Part shown: positions 48,171-57,472 of the stretch, in pieces
Numbering within the stretch: the first letter of the stretch is position 1
Layout: each line of letters starts with the position of its first letter
Virus record (IMG/VR): IMGVR_UViG_3300042691_039794
Coordinates: 1-64,000 of that record
Reading direction: 5' to 3' (one strand)
Length of the DNA: 64,000 nucleotides
Source of the DNA: a virus
The notes under the pieces: model-generated
Told to the model about the DNA's origin: nothing
The model's database searches: none
Seen by the model: the letters and a program-made list of their open reading frames with translations, nothing else
Translations under genes and position numbers: made by a program

Positions 48171-49342
48171 TGAATACATTAGACAAACAATACCAAGAAT
48201 TACTCCAAGACATATTGGATAATGGAGTAACAAAAAGTGATCGTACAGGGACTGGAACCAAATCTATTTTTGGTTATACAATCCGTCATAATATGAGTGA
48301 AGGATTTCCTGTGTTAACAACCAAGAAAATGGCGTGGAAGACGATGGTTACCGAATTGTTATGGTTCCTTCGTGGTGATACAAATATTAAATTCCTTGTT
48401 AATAACGGTTGTCACATTTGGGATGGTGATTCTTATAAAGCATATGAAAAGTGGTACGATGAGGTAGCAGTTCATTCTCCGTTTGGAGAGGTGCCAAGAA
48501 TGACAAAGGAAAGCTTTATCAAAGCGATTGGGCTTGATGATGAGTTTGCTAAGAAGTGGGGTGATTTAGGGCCAGTATACGGTAAGCAATGGAGAAGATG
48601 GGGTAGAAAGAATGTGACTAATTACGACTTAAAGGATGTAAAAGGTTCCGACCAACATAAAGTAATACAGGCAATTGAAAATGGTGAAGATGTTACCAAG
48701 TATGGTGTTAAAATAGAATACCAAAACAATTCAATAGACCAAATCCAAAACCTAATCAACGACCTTAAAACAAATCCTGACTCAAGACGACTAATGGTTA
48801 ACGCTTGGAATGTAGGTGAATTAGACCAAATGGTTTTACCACCTTGTCATTATGGATTTCAAGTTTATACAAGAGAGTTGAGTAGTGGTGAACGTAGAGA
48901 TTGGGTCATCAAAAATAGAAGTCAACAAATGCCTAAGTTTTTTGATAGATTAGGATGGGAAGGTAATGTTGCTGAAGTTCTTGAAAATTTTAATGCCCCA
49001 ACCAAAGCAATCTCTCTAATGTGGAATCAACGTTCAGTAGATACATTCTTAGGTTTACCATTCAACATTGCATCTTACGGACTTCTACTTACAATCTTGG
49101 CTAAAGAAGTTAACATGGTTCCTGACCAGTTAATTGGAAACTTAGGTGATACTCATCTTTACCTTAACCATCTTGAACAGGCGAAAGAACAAATTGGAAG
49201 AGAACCATTTGAGTTACCAACCTTAAATCAGTTCCCAACTTATGAAGGGTCAAGACCATCAATAGAATCTTATGTGGTAGGTGATTTCACACTAAAAAAT
49301 TATCAATCACACGAAACAATTAAAGCGCCACTTTCTAATTAA
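48170..49342 (+). CDS. thyA: thymidylate synthase
   Basis: DRTGTGT, ELLWF, LGPVYGKQWR, DSRR, LPPCH, QRSVD..LGLPFN, DTHLY.NH. Confidence 0.96.
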   Translation: MNTLDKQYQELLQDILDNGVTKSDRTGTGTKSIFGYTIRHNMSEGFPVLTTKKMAWKTMVTELLWFLRGDTNIKFLVNNGCHIWDGDSYKAYEKWYDEVAVHSPFGEVPRMTKESFIKAIGLDDEFAKKWGDLGPVYGKQWRRWGRKNVTNYDLKDVKGSDQHKVIQAIENGEDVTKYGVKIEYQNNSIDQIQNLINDLKTNPDSRRLMVNAWNVGELDQMVLPPCHYGFQVYTRELSSGERRDWVIKNRSQQMPKFFDRLGWEGNVAEVLENFNAPTKAISLMWNQRSVDTFLGLPFNIASYGLLLTILAKEVNMVPDQLIGNLGDTHLYLNHLEQAKEQIGREPFELPTLNQFPTYEGSRPSIESYVVGDFTLKNYQSHETIKAPLSN

Positions 49343-49345
49343 AAA

Positions 49346-50170
49346 ATGAATAAAATTTTAGAAATTTTTAAACAGTTCAAAACTGAATTGGTGTGGATTT
49401 ATTTTTTCATGTTGATTACAGAATTATCAATTCTTGCAACACCACTCCTTCTTGGAAAAAGTATTGATGGATTGATAAACGGAAATTGGTATTGGTTAAT
49501 ATTTCTTGGGATTTCATACTTCATATCAAACTTTTTCAATTACAAAAGAATGGTATATGACACCAAAGTTTATACAAAAATTTACAATAGTATTGTTTTT
49601 AGATTTTTAAAAAAAAATAATGTTGATGTATCTACAAAAATTGCAAGAACCGACATGGCACACCAGATAGTTGGTGTTTTAGAGGGTTATGTTCATTATT
49701 ATATTGCAACAGTTGTAACAATTTTAGGATCAATAGGTTTCATTTATTCTGAAAATTGGAGAGTTGGATTACTTGTAACTTTAGGGTTTATTTTAATACT
49801 TCTTGCTGTTTTAGTTTTTTATAAAAAAATTAAACAAGCAATCAAAGTTAGAAACAATCAATACGAAAAAAAGGGTGAGGCGTTAGAAAAAGGTTATTTA
49901 GAGTCAATATCTTTTTTTAACAGAAGAGGAAAATTAGAAATTTTTGAATCCACACTACAGGGTAAAAATTGGTTTTTGATTGGATCAATTAAAAATTTAT
50001 TTTTATTTCTATCTATAATCCTTCTTGTTACAACAACGGAAAACATAACAATAGGAAGTGTGGTTACGGTTTACTCCTATGTTAATAATTTTATGATTTC
50101 ATTGTTATCAGTTCCTGTGGCTGTTGAAATGTTTTCGAGATTAAGTGATATATTAAAAAGAATAAATTAA
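49346..50170 (+). CDS. ABC transporter transmembrane-domain-only protein
   Basis: six TM segments, PLLLGKSIDGL, RMVYDTKVYTKIY; no ATPase domain. Confidence 0.75.
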   Translation: MNKILEIFKQFKTELVWIYFFMLITELSILATPLLLGKSIDGLINGNWYWLIFLGISYFISNFFNYKRMVYDTKVYTKIYNSIVFRFLKKNNVDVSTKIARTDMAHQIVGVLEGYVHYYIATVVTILGSIGFIYSENWRVGLLVTLGFILILLAVLVFYKKIKQAIKVRNNQYEKKGEALEKGYLESISFFNRRGKLEIFESTLQGKNWFLIGSIKNLFLFLSIILLVTTTENITIGSVVTVYSYVNNFMISLLSVPVAVEMFSRLSDILKRIN

Positions 50171-50174
50171 AATT

Positions 50175-50411
50175 ATGAACAAACAAAATGATTGGAATGA
50201 TCCTGTATTATCAGATGGAGATTTCCCACAAGAAAACAAAACAAAATTCCAAGTAGGAGACAAAGCAATTAAAGTTAAAGGATATAAGTTCCCTTGTACT
50301 ATCGTATCAGTATTTCAAACCGTAGAAGGAAATGTCCGAGTAGTGGGTGAAATGGATGAATATGGACTTCTTCATATCTTTAACGAAGATCAATTAGAAA
50401 AACAAAATTAA
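50175..50411 (+). CDS. SH3-like protein resembling type II (R67/DfrB) dihydrofolate reductase
   Basis: FQVGDKAIKVKG...IVSVF.T...E....LHIF..QLE parallels DfrB FGMGDRVRKKSG...VQIY..ALE. Confidence 0.45.
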   Translation: MNKQNDWNDPVLSDGDFPQENKTKFQVGDKAIKVKGYKFPCTIVSVFQTVEGNVRVVGEMDEYGLLHIFNEDQLEKQN

Positions 50412-50412
50412 A

Positions 50413-50706
50413 ATGAAAGAAAAAGAAATTAAAGAAGAAAAGATTCAAACAAAAAAAAGAATCTACAAACCAAAAAAAAGAATCATACATGAAGTTGATA
50501 TAAAAACATTGGAAACTTCAGATGATTTAGATGATATGTATTTGAGGTCAGGAGAAGTTTATCAAAAAGTTATTAAAAAACCTAAACAAGCCGGATCCTA
50601 CAAAATAGGAAAAAGTTTTCATGTTTTTTTTGACAAAAAACCTAAAGTAATTCATAGATTTTTCACAAAATTATTTTTAGGTTGGACTTGGCACAATCAA
50701 AAATAA
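50413..50706 (+). CDS. hypothetical protein
   Basis: ORF. Confidence 0.65.
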   Translation: MKEKEIKEEKIQTKKRIYKPKKRIIHEVDIKTLETSDDLDDMYLRSGEVYQKVIKKPKQAGSYKIGKSFHVFFDKKPKVIHRFFTKLFLGWTWHNQK

Positions 50707-50760
50707 TCTTTTTAAATTAGTTAAATCAATTTCATTCTATATTTATAAATAAAAATAGAT

Positions 50761-51645
50761 ATGAAAGTTTTAAAATTAGGATCTAAAGGAAAAGAGGTTG
50801 AAGATCTTCAAAAATACTTAAAAATTAAAGTTGATGGTGATTTCGGACCTAAAACAGAAGAGTCAGTAAAAAAATTTCAAACTGCAAATAAATTAGTTGC
50901 TGATGGTATTGTTGGTGAAAAAACATGGAATGCCATGGGTTTTTATATTACCACTGAGTTATCTGAAACGATAATATCCACTGAAAAATTGATCATAGAT
51001 CAAAAATACATGGATAAAGATGAGTATTTGGCAGGACCAACAAAAAAAGAATATTTGTTTTTACACCATACCGCTGGAGGACACGACCCTTATTCTGTTA
51101 TTAAAATGTGGAATAACGACACTCGAGGAAGAGTAGGGACAGAATTTGTTATGGGAGGTCAGTCCGTGTTCAACGGCAATGACATATATGATGGGTCTCT
51201 TGTTCAATGTTTTCCTGAGGGTGCTTATGGTTGGCACTTAGGTGAAAATGGATCACAACACATGCATACTCACTCGGTTGGTATTGAAGTTTGTAATTTT
51301 GGACCAATTAAAAATGGTTTAACTTATACTGGTCAAAAGGCAAATCCACTTCAAATTGTGGAACTTAAACAACCATTTAGAGGATCAAAATTTTATCATA
51401 GATATTCTGATAAACAAATCAGTACACTCAAATCATTCATTTTATACATTGCAGAAAGAGATAGTATTGACGTAAGAAAAGGTTTGGTACAAGAGATTAA
51501 AAGTAAAGGTGCTGCAGGTTTCGAATTCAATTCTGACGCTTACTACGGGAAAATAAAAGGTATGTGGACACACACCAACACAAGAAAAGATAAATCAGAC
51601 ATGTTTCCTCAACAAGAACTCATCGACATGTTATTAAGTTTGTAA
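50761..51645 (+). CDS. endolysin: peptidoglycan-binding domain + Amidase_2
   Basis: LKLGSKG..V..LQ, DGDFGPKT, DGIVGEKTW; LHHTAG, WHLG, GIEV, H...RKDKSD; TATTTAT at 50740. Confidence 0.9.
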   Translation: MKVLKLGSKGKEVEDLQKYLKIKVDGDFGPKTEESVKKFQTANKLVADGIVGEKTWNAMGFYITTELSETIISTEKLIIDQKYMDKDEYLAGPTKKEYLFLHHTAGGHDPYSVIKMWNNDTRGRVGTEFVMGGQSVFNGNDIYDGSLVQCFPEGAYGWHLGENGSQHMHTHSVGIEVCNFGPIKNGLTYTGQKANPLQIVELKQPFRGSKFYHRYSDKQISTLKSFILYIAERDSIDVRKGLVQEIKSKGAAGFEFNSDAYYGKIKGMWTHTNTRKDKSDMFPQQELIDMLLSL

Positions 51646-51647
51646 AA

Positions 51648-52205
51648 ATGAAATTTTTGTTTTCTGAATCTCAAAGTGAATCTTTGATAAATTTATTTGA
51701 TAAAACTATACAAAAACATGGGTTACAAAAAGTTTTGTATAAGTACAAACTATCGATGAATGATGCGATCAGATTAATTGGTGATTTACCAATCAATAGA
51801 TTTACAAATGAAGATTTATATGAACTATGTGTTTATTTTGTAATCAGAGATAAAAAATATTGGAATGAAGGATTGAGTGATGGAGATTTTAGATTAACTT
51901 TTGAAGTGGATAGTTTTGTTGGTACAATAAACACTTTATTTGTTTCATTGTCATTAAAACAAACATTTGAATTGAATGGTATGGCAACTCCTTATTGGGA
52001 TGCATCAAGTGCATTACCAATTGATTTTGATTATTTTTCATATAAAATTGGATATGATATAACAGGTGACTTTTTTGAAAGAGTCGATTTGAAAAATAAA
52101 TTTCAAAATTTAGGTGAAGTTGTCCAATGGTTGTATAAAGATTATCCTTTTGTAGTTTTCGAAGAAAATTTGAAAGTTGTTAAAAAGATGATGGAAAATT
52201 TATAA
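51648..52205 (+). CDS. hypothetical protein
   Basis: N-terminal MKFLFSESQ motif. Confidence 0.7.
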   Translation: MKFLFSESQSESLINLFDKTIQKHGLQKVLYKYKLSMNDAIRLIGDLPINRFTNEDLYELCVYFVIRDKKYWNEGLSDGDFRLTFEVDSFVGTINTLFVSLSLKQTFELNGMATPYWDASSALPIDFDYFSYKIGYDITGDFFERVDLKNKFQNLGEVVQWLYKDYPFVVFEENLKVVKKMMENL

Positions 52206-52267
52206 TTTCACCCATCAGGGGAAAAGATCCCCAACTTGGTCACACCAATAATATTTAAATTTTTGAA

Positions 52268-52450
52268 ATGGAAAATGTTGACATTCTAAAAGAAGTAAAA
52301 CCACTTCTTGATGAACTTAAAAGAATCCAAGGAAAAGAATCCGAAGAATTGGTCCTACGTTTGGAAGATAAACTTGAAAAAAAAGAAGAACAACTCCAAC
52401 TTAAAAACGATCAAATGAAATTGGAGATTCATAGATTATCAGGATTATGA
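52268..52450 (+). CDS. small coiled-coil protein
   Basis: ORF. Confidence 0.55.
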   Translation: MENVDILKEVKPLLDELKRIQGKESEELVLRLEDKLEKKEEQLQLKNDQMKLEIHRLSGL

Positions 52451-52549
52451 TTACAATTATTTTAGCAATTACACTCGGATCATTATTTTCTATTGGACTT
52501 ATTAAAATAACAGAAAAGTATAAAAATAGAAATAAAAAATAAAATAGTT

Positions 52550-52575
52550 AATCCCCACTCAAAAGGTGGGGTTTT
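52550..52575. terminator. terminator between convergent transcription units
   Basis: aatccccact...ggtggggtttt. Confidence 0.7.
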
Positions 52576-52580
52576 CTGTT

Positions 52581-53417
52581 TTACTTAAGTAAGTTATAAT
52601 ATTCTTTAAAGTGTTTGATACGATCAGGTAAACCAATTGTTCCACCATTCACTCTTTTTGTTACTGAAGTAACTGTTGCATCATCAGCACCTTTATCGCA
52701 AATCGCCCAAAGTTTATTTGAATCAAAGAAGAAAGCTGCAGACGCTAAAGGATATTTGGTTGCAACCAAGTCAGGATTCGCAACACAATCTTCACCAATA
52801 AATTTTGTAAAGTTTGTATAGTTTGCCTTTCCTGTTAATTGGATATAACCTCTACCTCTAAATTTAAATCCTTCTTTAGATGCTTCATCTCCATTACCCA
52901 TTCTTGATGCGTAAACACGAGCGGCAATCTTTTCAGGTTGACGAGCGTAAGATTCATTTAAGTTACCAGGAAAATACTTTCCGAAGATCTTCTTCAAACC
53001 ATCCGCAGAGTAATTCAAGTTTTCACTTACTGCCTTGAAATTACCTGACTCATGACCACATTGTGCCAAGAAGTGAGCTAATCTCAAATTATTTGTAATA
53101 TTGAATTTCTTTGCAGTTTCAGGAATCTGAGCAAGAACCGCATCAGGAATATGACCCTTTAACTTCTCAATATTTAATGGACCTCCTGATGGGATAACCA
53201 CATCCTCTTTAATAACTTCTGTGGTAGGTTTTGACTCACCAAATAGTTTAGCCCATGTTGCATCACCAACGATACCATCATCTTTTAAACCATTCGCTTT
53301 TTGCCAAGCTTTAACCGCAGCTTCTGTTTTTGGTCCGAATTTACCTATGGCTTCTACACCTAATTTTTCTTGGAGTTTTTTTACATCAGCTCCTTCTGAT
53401 CCGACTTTTAATATCAT
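52581..53417 (-). CDS. endolysin: peptidoglycan-binding domain + GH19 lysozyme/chitinase
   Basis: FLAQCGHESG, ENLNYS, FRGRGYIQLTG, VTKRVNGG; ATG 53417 preferred; minus-strand TATTTAT at 53434-53440. Confidence 0.92.
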   Translation of the reverse strand: MILKVGSEGADVKKLQEKLGVEAIGKFGPKTEAAVKAWQKANGLKDDGIVGDATWAKLFGESKPTTEVIKEDVVIPSGGPLNIEKLKGHIPDAVLAQIPETAKKFNITNNLRLAHFLAQCGHESGNFKAVSENLNYSADGLKKIFGKYFPGNLNESYARQPEKIAARVYASRMGNGDEASKEGFKFRGRGYIQLTGKANYTNFTKFIGEDCVANPDLVATKYPLASAAFFFDSNKLWAICDKGADDATVTSVTKRVNGGTIGLPDRIKHFKEYYNLLK

Positions 53418-53526
53418 AATGTTAGATTTTCCTATAAATAGTAAATTCATTAACAAAGTAAAGTTTTTCTTATAAAAAAATGATCAGTTCGTGGTTTTTA
53501 AGATACTTATTAGTAAATGAAAAAAT

Positions 53527-54126
53527 ATGGGATACACAAGAGAACAGGTCGAGGCTGCCGTTAAAGCCAAAGGTTATGTTTATTTCGAAGACGCCTCAAA
53601 CAAGGGTTACGACATAAACATTATAGGTATAAGAAACGCGGCTACCGGTCAAAAGGTAACAAACGCGTTTGATGACTTATTAACGATAAGTTACAAAGAT
53701 GAAACAGGAGCGTGGAAATACCACGAATGGCCAGCAACCACAGATCCTGGTAAAAAAGGTGTGTTGGAATATCACAACTCTGCCGGTGTTGCAAGACTTG
53801 TTGAAGGTCAGTACAGAGGTTCACACTCTATTGGTCTTCACCAAGGTAAATACGAAGCTTTAAGACAGGCAAAAAATGTTAAAGTTTATCGTGACCCAAA
53901 TCGTGATTTAACTTATGATGAAACAAAAATTGCTGAAGGAGTTTTTGGTATTAACATTCACAAGGCAGGTGCCGATTCAACTTATGTTGAGAATTGGAGT
54001 GAGGGATGTCAGGTGTTTAAGAAGTCGGCGGATTTTGAATCTTTTATGAAGATCTGTAGATTGGCTCGAGACAAACACGGAAACTCTTTCACATATACTC
54101 TTATTGAGAGTTCAGACATAAAATAA
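53527..54126 (+). CDS. putative L,D-transpeptidase (YkuD-like) cell-wall enzyme
   Basis: GINIHKAG...WSEGCQV (H..SxGC catalytic pattern). Confidence 0.6.
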   Translation: MGYTREQVEAAVKAKGYVYFEDASNKGYDINIIGIRNAATGQKVTNAFDDLLTISYKDETGAWKYHEWPATTDPGKKGVLEYHNSAGVARLVEGQYRGSHSIGLHQGKYEALRQAKNVKVYRDPNRDLTYDETKIAEGVFGINIHKAGADSTYVENWSEGCQVFKKSADFESFMKICRLARDKHGNSFTYTLIESSDIK

Positions 54127-54150
54127 AACTAAACTTTAAGAACTACGAAA

Positions 54151-56058
54151 ATGAAACAACTAAAAAGCCTGTTGATCGGGCTTTTGCTATTCTTACCATT
54201 TATTGGTAAGGCACAGGTACCTGCAGCACCATCAAATGGTCTATGGGGAATTATCGCAGCCCAATATCAAGTTGGGACAACAGCACAAGGCACAACAGAT
54301 GCGAAGATCACACTTCAAAATACTACCCTAACAAAATTTGCGGGTACTCAATTTAGAGTGTTCTACGATAATGTAGCGTTTACAAATGCAACGGTATCTT
54401 TAATTGGATCACCAACAAACTTAGACCTTCAGTATATTACAAATACGGCAAATGGTTACATTACCATTACACTTGTTTACACAGGTCCAAGTGCGACTTA
54501 CACAATACCAAATGGTGAAAGATTTTTAATTACTTTCACTCATGCGGCGGCGGCAACATTTAATAACTTGGCGTCGATCAGTAACTTAACTTGGTCAGGA
54601 CCTCAAACCTTTACACCGTATGCCGCAAAACAAGATGGTATGGATACTACGTTAAGTGTTCATAACTATGGTGGTGTTTTCACTCCTGTTAACTTCGCTT
54701 ATCACGGAACATTCACAAACGTTACTGGATCTGCGGCTAAGTATTTAAACTTGGCTTTACAGAGAAGACCGTTTGGTGGGAACACATGGACACAACACTC
54801 AACTTATGTTACTGATATCAACGGGGACTTTAGTATTTCAGTTCCTTTAGATACAACATATTGGGATGTTAGATTGGCAATCCAAGGAGACACAATGGGT
54901 GTTGGTAATATTATCTCATCAACAGATGCTCAGTTAATAAATCAGTGGGTTTTAGGAAACGGAACTATGACTGGATTTAATTACTACTCTGCGGATGTTA
55001 ACGGATCTAATAACATAACCGTATCTGATGTATGGGGTGTGTTTGGTAGAATCTCAGGAAGATTTAACTCATGGCCAAACAACACAAAAGATGTTAAATT
55101 CTTTACAGCATCTGAATACACAACAATCAATGGATCAGCAACTAACTACACATCAACTATTGCAGGTGTAACAAACTTTACATTTGATATCCTACCGGGT
55201 CAACCTGACTCAGTTGTATATTATGTATTGGTTCCTGGTGATGCTAACGGTACAGGTTATAACATGGCTCGTGTTACTCCTATCGAAGTATTGGTTGGAC
55301 CAATACCAGGTTTGGAATCACAAATCTATAATGTGATCGATACTAAAGTTGAGTATGACTTCCCTACAACAACTATAGAAGTTAATGTTCCTCATATTTC
55401 GGTTGAATCTGGAAACTTGGTAAACCTTCCTGTGAAAGTATTCACAAACGGAGAGGAGTTATCAGCACTTCAATTCGGTTTGAAATATGATACAGACCTT
55501 TTAGAATTTAAAGGAATCATTTCTTCATCAAATGCAATGGAGTGGATCACATATGTGAATCCAAATGACGGACAAATAGATTGGGGTGGGTTTGATCAAA
55601 CAAACAACGAACAAACTTTAAAAGATGGTGATGAGGTTGTTACATTACAGTTTATTGCAAAACAACCACAAACACTTTGGGAAGATAGTCCATTGTATAC
55701 TTCATTGAAGTTTGCAGGTACGAAAGACTCAAAGGATTTAACAATAACACCAACTAACGGAATCCTACAAGTATTAAAAAGTAACATGGGAGATGTTAAC
55801 GGAAACACAATACAAGTTAATCCTAATCCTGTTGTAGATGAAGTTACAATCACCTTCAAAGTTGAAGAAACAACAATCGCAAACCTTTCAGTTTATGATG
55901 TGGTTGGAAGAAAGTTGATCACAATTTTAGATGGGCAGTTACCAAATGGTGAATATACCTATAATGAAAGTTTAGGTACATTAAAACCAGGACTTTATGT
56001 GGTAACATTAACTATGGAAAATGGAGGAACAAAAGTTTCCAAAATTGTAAAACAATAA
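54151..56058 (+). CDS. T9SS-secreted scaffold: cohesin, beta-sandwich, dockerin, cohesin, T9SS CTD
   Basis: signal peptide GKA-Q; GTQFRVFYD and ALQFGLKYD cohesin strands; ISSTD../ADVNGSNNITVSD dockerin; NPNPV...VYDVVGR...LKPGLY...KIVKQ CTD. Confidence 0.8.
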   Translation: MKQLKSLLIGLLLFLPFIGKAQVPAAPSNGLWGIIAAQYQVGTTAQGTTDAKITLQNTTLTKFAGTQFRVFYDNVAFTNATVSLIGSPTNLDLQYITNTANGYITITLVYTGPSATYTIPNGERFLITFTHAAAATFNNLASISNLTWSGPQTFTPYAAKQDGMDTTLSVHNYGGVFTPVNFAYHGTFTNVTGSAAKYLNLALQRRPFGGNTWTQHSTYVTDINGDFSISVPLDTTYWDVRLAIQGDTMGVGNIISSTDAQLINQWVLGNGTMTGFNYYSADVNGSNNITVSDVWGVFGRISGRFNSWPNNTKDVKFFTASEYTTINGSATNYTSTIAGVTNFTFDILPGQPDSVVYYVLVPGDANGTGYNMARVTPIEVLVGPIPGLESQIYNVIDTKVEYDFPTTTIEVNVPHISVESGNLVNLPVKVFTNGEELSALQFGLKYDTDLLEFKGIISSSNAMEWITYVNPNDGQIDWGGFDQTNNEQTLKDGDEVVTLQFIAKQPQTLWEDSPLYTSLKFAGTKDSKDLTITPTNGILQVLKSNMGDVNGNTIQVNPNPVVDEVTITFKVEETTIANLSVYDVVGRKLITILDGQLPNGEYTYNESLGTLKPGLYVVTLTMENGGTKVSKIVKQ

Positions 56059-56081
56059 ACCCTAAATAAACAAAAACAAAA

Positions 56082-56426
56082 ATGTCAGAAGAACAAGAAA
56101 CACAAGAGACTAATGACGGGACATGGTCAGGTCTTAAAAAAACAATCATCGGAACTTTAACAACAGTTATAGCCGGTGGTGGTATTTGGTTAAGTACAAT
56201 TTTATTTGGTGGTAGTAGTGAAGAACCGAAAGAGGAAACAAAAACAGAACAGTCTGGAGGTCAAGCACCAATCACAATAAATGTACAACAAAACCAAGAA
56301 AATAAACAAAAAACAGAGAACAACAATGGGGGTGGTGTAGTTCGTGAGAGAATCATCGAAAGACCTGCACAACAACCAGCGGCACAACCTGAGAAACCTA
56401 AAAAAGTAGAAGAGGAATCTTGGTAA
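56082..56426 (+). CDS. single-TM protein with Q/N/P-rich tail
   Basis: one hydrophobic helix then low-complexity tail. Confidence 0.7.
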   Translation: MSEEQETQETNDGTWSGLKKTIIGTLTTVIAGGGIWLSTILFGGSSEEPKEETKTEQSGGQAPITINVQQNQENKQKTENNNGGGVVRERIIERPAQQPAAQPEKPKKVEEESW

Positions 56427-56453
56427 TAAATAAACAATAAATAAAAACAAAAA

Positions 56454-56738
56454 ATGGGACACAAGAAAACAAAAAAATCATTCTTAGTAAGAATGTTCAT
56501 GGATCATAACGATATCAACGAAAAATCAATAGTTGGTTTTGGTTCATTTTTAATGATGGTTATCTGTCTTGGTGTAGACATCTGGACAGGATTTCACGGA
56601 CAAAAAATGCCAATCAATCAATTTATCTATGATGGATTTTTATGGATCACTTTAGGTTCATTTGGAATTGCATCAGTTGATAAGTATTTTGCTGGTAAGA
56701 ATCCAACTAACGAGGAAGAGGAAGAAGTAGAAGGGTAA
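56454..56738 (+). CDS. two-TM membrane protein
   Basis: NEKSIVGFGSFLMMVI and FLWITLGSFGIASV segments. Confidence 0.7.
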   Translation: MGHKKTKKSFLVRMFMDHNDINEKSIVGFGSFLMMVICLGVDIWTGFHGQKMPINQFIYDGFLWITLGSFGIASVDKYFAGKNPTNEEEEEVEG

Positions 56739-57472
56739 TGAAAAGAATACTTTACATATTACCATTTCTAATGATCGGATGTAAAACTGTAGCTCAGCCC
56801 CCTCAAGGAGGGGGTATTGGCTCTGTTAAAACAGAACAATATGTTGCAGATTTTGAAAAGAAACAATCAATAGACTCGGTTGCTGATTACGATGGATCTA
56901 TTCAGGTTCCTATCCAATTATTAAAGATTGGAATTAACGAAGAACTTTATGAATTATATCCTGAGTTAAAAGATAAAAGAGTAGGTCTTGGTGTTACAAA
57001 TATTGTAATTGAATATTTGGAATATACCAACAGATTTATTTTCACCGAAGAAAAGGAAGATATCAAACAAAGAATGATTGCTCAAGACAAGGCATCAGAC
57101 AAAGGTATATCTTCAAATAAAATAGAAGTAAAAGGTAATGTTGTTTTGGCTAAGTACTTCGTTTATATTGAGGTATATGATTTTTCAGTATCAGAAGACG
57201 AGATTGTAAAAGTTAATGGACAACAAACCGTAAATCAAACTACAAGATTAGGTCTTCAGATCAAATTTGTAGATGCTGAAACAAGTCAGGTGATTGTAGG
57301 ATCAGGACTTGGAGAAGCGGTAACAATTAAAACAACATCAATCTTGGGTGATATCTCAGATGATGTTAAATTCAACCAATCAACTGTAGGTATATCTACA
57401 AAAAAAGCTTTAGAAACAGCCTCATCAAGAGTTGTGACTAGACTTATATCAAAAGGTGTATTTCCGAAGTGA
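56738..57472 (+). CDS. CsgG/HfaB-family outer-membrane lipoprotein
   Basis: lipobox MIGC; G.TNIV.EYL..TNRF...E, AKYFVY.EVYDF, LQIKFVDAETSQVI. Confidence 0.75.
   Translation: MKRILYILPFLMIGCKTVAQPPQGGGIGSVKTEQYVADFEKKQSIDSVADYDGSIQVPIQLLKIGINEELYELYPELKDKRVGLGVTNIVIEYLEYTNRFIFTEEKEDIKQRMIAQDKASDKGISSNKIEVKGNVVLAKYFVYIEVYDFSVSEDEIVKVNGQQTVNQTTRLGLQIKFVDAETSQVIVGSGLGEAVTIKTTSILGDISDDVKFNQSTVGISTKKALETASSRVVTRLISKGVFPK

Noticed and set aside
48170-49342. Intein or intron in thyA
   Set aside because: Insertions are short and in frame, without C...HN splice motifs or homing endonuclease
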